Assembly: GCA_963727625.1 (NCBI GenBank)
Contig: CAVSHR010000004.1
Coordinates: forward strand, 736,001 to 800,000
Direction of reading: 5' to 3'
DNA from: an uncultured delta proteobacterium
GTDB taxonomy: Bacteria; Desulfobacterota; Binatia; UBA9968
Length of the DNA stretch: 64,000 nucleotides
Part shown: positions 58,846-64,000 of the stretch, piece by piece
Numbering within the stretch: position 1 is the first letter of the stretch
How the letters are laid out: the number at the start of each line of letters is the position of its first letter
The notes under the pieces: generated by a model
What the model saw: only the letters and a program-made list of their open reading frames with translations
What the model was told of the DNA's origin: nothing
The model's database searches: none
Translations under genes and position numbers: made by a program

Positions 58846-59100
58846 ACTGCCTCCTTCGGCTGGTGAATTTTTCTAGTCATGCCATGTTTCGATGGTCTTG
58901 CCAACCGACTTCCGCCATTCGCGGCGAACTTCTCGGATTCACCGGATAGGTTCCCTCCGGGGCCCTAGACCGCAATTTTGAACCTTAACATTCCAATGTT
59001 TTTTCGCTGATTTGCATTGTCTACGCCGGTGCCGTGCTATTGACTTGCGCGGGGATGCCAGCTAATTCATTTAATTGATTTTGAACGAGGAGGCTGAGCC

Positions 59101-59892
59101 ATGGCAGATGCAAAAATGATCGAATACCGTGTCGATAACGGCGTGGCGGTGCTGGAAATTAACCGGCCGCCGGTCAACAGTTATAACACTGAATTATTGA
59201 AGGAATTGGACGCGACGATACTCGACGCGCGCTTCGACGAAAACGTCCACGCGATCGTCATCACCGGCAAAGTCGAGAAGTTCTTCTCCGCCGGCGCCGA
59301 TATCAACATGCTGTCCAAGCAGTCGCTCGCTTTCAAAAACAACTTCGCGCTGCACGGCCATGAAGTGTTGATGCGGCTGGAAAACACCCCGAAGATCGTC
59401 ATCGCCGCGATCAACGGCCACGCCGTCGGCGGCGGCCTGGAAATTGCCATGGCCTGCGACATCCGCATCGCCAGGAAAGAAGGCGGCCGAGTCGGCCTGG
59501 CCGAGATCAATCTCGGCGTCATGCCTGGGATGGGCGGCACCCAGCGCCTGCCGCGCTTGGTCGGCAAAGCGCGCGCCCTGGAGCTCTGCGCCACCGGCAA
59601 GACCATCGCCTTCGAGGAAGCGCTCGACATGGGACTGGTCCACTACATCTACGAAAAAGATAATTTCATGGAGCAAGTGCTGGACTACGCCAAGCAGTTC
59701 ACCGTTCCCAACAAGAGCAGCCTAGCGGTCGGCAAAGTGAAGCGCGCCATCCAAACCGGACTCGAACTGTCTTTACCCGACGGTCTGGCGTTCGAGCGCG
59801 AGCTTTTGGCCCAAACCTTCGGCAGCGAAGACGGTCAGGAAGGCGTCAAAGCCTATCTCGAAAAACGCACGGCGCAGTTCAAAGGCAAGTAA
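59101..59892 (+). CDS. Enoyl-CoA hydratase/isomerase
   Basis: FSAGADI, AINGHAVGGGLEIAMACD, E..LGVMPG.GGTQRL. Confidence 0.95.
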   Translation: MADAKMIEYRVDNGVAVLEINRPPVNSYNTELLKELDATILDARFDENVHAIVITGKVEKFFSAGADINMLSKQSLAFKNNFALHGHEVLMRLENTPKIVIAAINGHAVGGGLEIAMACDIRIARKEGGRVGLAEINLGVMPGMGGTQRLPRLVGKARALELCATGKTIAFEEALDMGLVHYIYEKDNFMEQVLDYAKQFTVPNKSSLAVGKVKRAIQTGLELSLPDGLAFERELLAQTFGSEDGQEGVKAYLEKRTAQFKGK

Positions 59893-59909
59893 CCGGCGCT
59901 GCTATTCCC

Positions 59910-59973
59910 CGTTTACACGTTCCAATCCGTTTAAACGTTTTGAACGGCTTGAACGATTGGAACGTCTGGAACT
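59910..59973. repeat. Family C palindrome (CGTTCCAA / TTGAACG units)
   Basis: cgtttaca cgttccaat ccgtttaaa ... ttgaacggc ttgaacgat tggaacgtc tggaac. Confidence 0.7.
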
Positions 59974-59997
59974 TTTTTAATTCATGGAGGTCAGCTA

Positions 59998-61461
59998 ATG
60001 GCAAAAATGTTGATTGGCGGCGAGTCCGTCGACTCGGTCACTAAAAACACCACCGAAGTGCGCAATCCGGCGACCGGGGCAACGGTCGACACAGTGCCGC
60101 AAGGCAGCGACAAGGACGTGCAGCAGGCGATCCAGGCCGCCGAGGACGCCTTCAAGGTTTGGTCCGACGTTTCGCCCGAAGATCGCGGCAACGCGCTCAT
60201 GAACGCCGGCGAGCTGATCAAGAAAAACTCGGGCGAGATCGCCCAACTGCTCACTCAAGAACAGGGCAAGACGCTCTTCGAAGCCGGGTTAGAAATTCAT
60301 CATCTGGTGCACGGTTTGGAATTTTACGCCGGCCTGGCCTCGAAAGTGCGCGGCTCCCACGTGCCGCTGCCGCAAAAAAACGCCTACGGCATGGTCGTGC
60401 GCCAGCCGATCGGCGTGTGCGGCGGCATCGTCCCGTGGAACTTTCCGCTGACCTTGATGGGCACAAAGCTCGGACCCGCGCTCGCCGCCGGCAACACGAT
60501 CATCATCAAGCCGGCGAGCACCACTCCCCTCGCGACGATTAAAGTTATCGAACTGATCGCTCAGGCGACCTTCGGCGAAGGCAAGGCGCAAAAGAGCTTG
60601 CCCAAGGGAACGGTGAATATCGTCACCGGCCCCGGCGGCAGCGTCGGCGAAGAGCTGCTGCGCAACCCGCGCGTCCGGCGCATCGCTTTTACCGGCTCGA
60701 CGCCGGTGGGACGCCATGTCATGGAAGTGGCAGGCCGCGAGATCAAGCGCGTGACTTTGGAATTGGGCGGCAGCGATCCGATGATCGTGATGGAAGACGC
60801 CAATCTGGATTTGGCCGTGAAAATGGCCGACGTCGGCCGCTACTTCAATTGCGGTCAGATGTGTCTCGGCGTCAAGCGATTGTTCTTGCAGGAATCCATC
60901 GCCGATAATTTTGTCGGCGGGCTGGCGGAAATTCTCAAGAAGAAGACCGTTGGTAACGGCATGAGCAAAGAAACCCGCATGGGCCCGATCCACATCGGCT
61001 CACAGCGCCAGGAGGTCGAAGAGCAGGTGGAAGATGCCAAGGCGCGCGGCGCCAAGGTGCTGTTCGGCGGCGAGCGTCCCAAGGGCGGCGACTTCGACAA
61101 GGGCTTCTTCTATCTGCCGACTCTGATGACCAACGTGCCCGACGACGCGCGCATGACCAAGGAAGAAGTCTTCGGTCCGGCTCTGCCCGTCTACACCTTC
61201 AAGACCCTCGACGAAGCTTTGGAAAAAGCCAACTCGTCGGAGTTTGGCCTTGGCTCGTCGATCTGGACGCGCAATTTGTTAAACGCCAACAAAGCCATCG
61301 ACAAGCTCCAAGCCGGCAACGTGTGGGTCAACTCCCTTCACTACGGCTACGACGAACTCCCCTTCGGCGGCGTAAAATCGAGCGGCGTCGGCCGCGAGCA
61401 TGGCCCCGAGGCCTTGGATTACTACCTCGAGCCCAAGGGCGTCGTGGTCGTCAACGTCTGA
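59998..61461 (+). CDS. NAD(P)-dependent aldehyde dehydrogenase
   Basis: PWNFP, FTGST, LELGG, NCGQMC, EEVFGP, PFGGVK.SG.GRE. Confidence 0.96.
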   Translation: MAKMLIGGESVDSVTKNTTEVRNPATGATVDTVPQGSDKDVQQAIQAAEDAFKVWSDVSPEDRGNALMNAGELIKKNSGEIAQLLTQEQGKTLFEAGLEIHHLVHGLEFYAGLASKVRGSHVPLPQKNAYGMVVRQPIGVCGGIVPWNFPLTLMGTKLGPALAAGNTIIIKPASTTPLATIKVIELIAQATFGEGKAQKSLPKGTVNIVTGPGGSVGEELLRNPRVRRIAFTGSTPVGRHVMEVAGREIKRVTLELGGSDPMIVMEDANLDLAVKMADVGRYFNCGQMCLGVKRLFLQESIADNFVGGLAEILKKKTVGNGMSKETRMGPIHIGSQRQEVEEQVEDAKARGAKVLFGGERPKGGDFDKGFFYLPTLMTNVPDDARMTKEEVFGPALPVYTFKTLDEALEKANSSEFGLGSSIWTRNLLNANKAIDKLQAGNVWVNSLHYGYDELPFGGVKSSGVGREHGPEALDYYLEPKGVVVVNV

Positions 61462-61478
61462 GAACCGATCGTAAGAAT

Positions 61479-61559
61479 TGGAGTGATGGAATACTGGAGT
61501 AGTGGAGTATTGTAAACTCCGAACCCAATATTTCATCACTCCAATACTCCACCACTCCG
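61479..61559. repeat. Family A palindrome
   Basis: tggagtga tggaatac tggagtag tggagtat ... atatttca tcactcca atactcca ccactccg. Confidence 0.88.
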
Positions 61560-61651
61560 ATCTTCCCGCTTTCTTCCCGCTTTCTTCGGTTGACAACTCG
61601 CTGTTCCTTCCACTAGTTTAGAGCCAATCTAAAATTCCAAGGAGGGCGCTC

Positions 61652-62455
61652 ATGTTTGCACAAATGCGGCATATGGCGATCGTTACCAGCAATGCGAATA
61701 CCGAAGGTGATTTTTATCGGGACGTTTTCGGCATGCGGCGCTCGACCCTGCAGCGCGCCGGCGGTGCCGTGGTCGTCGGTGACGGCTACGTCGGGCTGAA
61801 CCTCAATCCGCGCGCGCCGGGGCGGCAGGCTGGGTTCGATCACTTCGGCTTTGAGGTTCAAGACACCGAGGTCGTATTCGCCCGGCTCAAAGACAAATAT
61901 CCAAAAATCCAAGTGCTCCATCGGCCGAGCAACCGCCCCTTCGCCGGCATCAGCATGCACGACCCGGCCGGCAACGTTTTCGATCTGTCGCAGTCGAACA
62001 TGGAAAATCGCCGCGATCTTTATACGGACAAGGTTGAAGAGCGCAAGCGCCGCATTGGCCATTTCGGCCTGCGCTGCGTCGAGCCTGAGGAATGCGCCGA
62101 GTTTTATCGCAACGTTTTCGAATTGACGGAGATGGAAAAACCTTCCGGCGATCCGAACCACTATTTATCCGACGGCAAAGTCACCTTGGCGGTTATGCCG
62201 TGGAAGATATCCGACTTCTCCGGCTCCGGCATCGAGCGGCCGGCGCTGGACCATATCGGCTTTAAAGTCGAAAGTATGGCCGCCTTCAAAGCCGACTTAG
62301 AAAAGCACGCACATATGCTCGACGCGATCAAAGACGATCGTCCCGAGAAAAACCCCGAGCGCGAAATCAGGCAAAAGCTGCTCGCCTCCTGCTGCTTTGG
62401 TCAGTTACAGATGTCCGATCCCGACGGCGTTTTGATCGACGTGTCGGAGAGCTAA
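61652..62455 (+). CDS. Tandem VOC-family protein
   Basis: RHMAI, DHFGFEV, DPAGNVFDL, DHIGFKV, DPDGVLIDV. Confidence 0.85.
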   Translation: MFAQMRHMAIVTSNANTEGDFYRDVFGMRRSTLQRAGGAVVVGDGYVGLNLNPRAPGRQAGFDHFGFEVQDTEVVFARLKDKYPKIQVLHRPSNRPFAGISMHDPAGNVFDLSQSNMENRRDLYTDKVEERKRRIGHFGLRCVEPEECAEFYRNVFELTEMEKPSGDPNHYLSDGKVTLAVMPWKISDFSGSGIERPALDHIGFKVESMAAFKADLEKHAHMLDAIKDDRPEKNPEREIRQKLLASCCFGQLQMSDPDGVLIDVSES

Positions 62456-62485
62456 GTCCGGCGCTTTCACGACTTCGTCACACTC

Positions 62486-62513
62486 ATAGGGGCGCGGCAT
62501 GCCGCGCCCCTAT
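62486..62513. terminator. Perfect 28-bp palindrome between convergent genes (terminator or GTAG-type REP-like)
   Basis: ATAGGGGCGCGGCA-TGCCGCGCCCCTAT followed by TTATTTT. Confidence 0.7.
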
Positions 62514-62538
62514 TTATTTTGAATCGCGCCAAGCGATA

Positions 62539-63525
62539 TCAGGCGGATATTTTACGCCGCTTGCTCCACCGCCCCGCTCCCAAGCCCAATGCGATGAGCC
62601 CGACAAAGAGCGCCAGCGCCGGCGCGATTGAGCGCGCCTCCGGTTCGACGCCGGTCACGTCGACCACCTGCTCGTTGCGCAACGGCGCCTCGCCGGGGAT
62701 TTGGACAAGCGTCCTAACCCGATAGCGTGCTCCGTCGGTGAAGTGAAATCTCACCGTAAATTCCCGGGCCACGGGAACCCGATCGATCGCGAAGGCGAGC
62801 TTTTCCTTCTCTAGATGCTCGATGGTCAGCGTCAGCAGCGCGGTCAAAGGAACCGATGAGGGCTCATTACCTCGCGACCAGCGCACCAGGGTGAGCTTTC
62901 CCACGGTGGCCGGCTCGACCTGCAAAATCGCCTTGCCCTCGACTTTACCTTCCTGCGCGCGGGTGTTCGGTGCGCTGGCTGATAAGAGCGCCAGCACACC
63001 GAGGGCCACGATCGCCGTTTTTGATCCGGTAAATATTCTCCCGGCGAGGAAGCCGAGCAGAAACAGCCCGAAAGAAAAGCCGCCCAGGATCAGCCACTTT
63101 TTTTTATGCTCCCGAATCGTAAAATTGAAGGTCTTACTCGCCTTGCGGCCGTCGCTCATGCTTACGTCGACAGAGAGCCGGTACTCGCCGCGAATCGGCA
63201 AGAGTAATTTCCAATTCGCCTTGCCCTGGCGAAGCGGCAAGCGCATCTCGCTCAAGCGCGTGCCCTCGACCCGAGGAAAGTCGGTCGAGAAAATAGACTC
63301 CGGCTTAGGCGCGTCAAGGCGAATTTCGACGCTACCCTGCCCGACCGGCCTGCCGTCCGCGCCGGTGACCAGCAACGCCAGATCGGCCGGATCATGGAAG
63401 GGTCGCAGCAACTCGACCCCCGGCGTGGTCTTGAAATAAACGTTCAGATCACCGGCGCCGAGCGCGGCGCTGAAAGACGCGAGGAGAAAAAAAGAGACAA
63501 ACGAAGGGAGCAGTTTTAGTGACAA
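62539..63525 (-). CDS. Membrane protein with two extracytoplasmic beta domains
   Basis: Signal peptide, Ig-like domain, TM pair, second domain, C-terminal TM; probable TTG start overlapping the upstream peptide (ORF track over-extends to 63975). Confidence 0.6.
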   Translation of the reverse strand: MSLKLLPSFVSFFLLASFSAALGAGDLNVYFKTTPGVELLRPFHDPADLALLVTGADGRPVGQGSVEIRLDAPKPESIFSTDFPRVEGTRLSEMRLPLRQGKANWKLLLPIRGEYRLSVDVSMSDGRKASKTFNFTIREHKKKWLILGGFSFGLFLLGFLAGRIFTGSKTAIVALGVLALLSASAPNTRAQEGKVEGKAILQVEPATVGKLTLVRWSRGNEPSSVPLTALLTLTIEHLEKEKLAFAIDRVPVAREFTVRFHFTDGARYRVRTLVQIPGEAPLRNEQVVDVTGVEPEARSIAPALALFVGLIALGLGAGRWSKRRKISA

Positions 63526-63704
63526 GGAACCACGGCAAGGGCGTGACGCACATGATGCAAGGTGTCGTGAACTGCGGGATAACTTGCGGCTAACGCGACA
63601 AACAAAGTGGCGCCGCAGATGGACAGGAAAATTGCCGACTTGATGAGAAACGAGGCTTGCTCCGAGATCGCTATTCCCAACCATGCGCTGACCATTCGTT
63701 CCAT
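63516..63704 (-). CDS. CbtB-like cobalt transporter small subunit
   Basis: One TM helix, then VHDTLHHVRHALAVVPCH, matching the CbtB HDxxHDxRH...PCH motif. Confidence 0.75.
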   Translation of the reverse strand: MERMVSAWLGIAISEQASFLIKSAIFLSICGATLFVALAASYPAVHDTLHHVRHALAVVPCH

Positions 63705-63843
63705 AGGATTGTCCCCCGCTAAGTTGACGCCATATTCCTACCGATCGCCTGCCACTGTCAAGAGAATTTGGTCTAATGGCTGTTGCCTTTCCGGGTTTGC
63801 TTTCGTATTGCTGGAAACAACTTCGAAACTGCGGGAGGTCACC

Positions 63844-64000
63844 ATGCCGGTCGTCCAGATATATATGTATGCGGGAAGAACCAAGGAACAGAAAAACCAG
63901 ATGGTCCATCGCATTTCCAAAGACTTCGAAGAAGTCTTTGGCGTCAAATCCGAGTCTCTCAACATACTGTTTCACGACATGGACAAGAGCGATTGGGGCA
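63844..64000 (+). CDS. 4-oxalocrotonate tautomerase family protein (runs off the window)
   Basis: M-PVVQIYMYAGRTKEQK...DWG with catalytic Pro1 and GRT.EQK; GGAGG RBS; not in the ORF track. Confidence 0.88.
   Translation, partial: MPVVQIYMYAGRTKEQKNQMVHRISKDFEEVFGVKSESLNILFHDMDKSDWG

Noticed and set aside
16835-61559. Octamer, heptamer and nonamer repeats as CRISPR arrays
   Set aside because: Units are 7-9 nt, tandem and inverted, with no unique spacers and no cas genes.
63705-63843. Cobalamin riboswitch for the CbtB-like gene
   Set aside because: GCCACTG occurs only on the opposite strand, and other B12-box elements were not seen.
62539-63975. Single 478-aa ORF
   Set aside because: Its 5' part overlaps the CbtB-like gene and lies antisense to the tautomerase; the real start is near 63525.

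Overview
GC-rich bacterial chromosome segment. The many NMT1/THI5-type binding proteins, tandem-VOC proteins, cupin, LLM oxidoreductase and polysaccharide-deacetylase paralogs suggest Candidatus Binatia or a related deltaproteobacterium (inference). Core genes: tatA, a TonB-family gene, the folD-gcvT-gcvH-gcvPA-gcvPB operon, ald, phoD, an NitT/TauT ABC transporter, an enoyl-CoA hydratase with an aldehyde dehydrogenase, and a CbtB-like peptide. Many catabolic enzymes look aimed at aromatic or heterocyclic substrates. These include a FrsA-like hydrolase/LigAB/LLM cluster and two pyruvate-carboxyltransferase paralogs flanking a CouO-like hydrolase. Three features are not visible in the ORF track. 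(1) A decaying integron cassette array at about 49.3-56.45 kb has at least 6 recognisable attC sites, a TA module, and a 58-codon integron-integrase remnant in its middle; a second, more eroded attC scar lies at about 26-27 kb. (2) At least four families of intergenic palindromes share one architecture (tandem 7-9-nt units followed by their reverse complements), and one arm sits in frame inside a protein gene. (3) Several genes are frameshifted, prematurely stopped or truncated. No rRNA, tRNA or CRISPR array was seen. All calls come from motif recognition by eye; no database searches were run.
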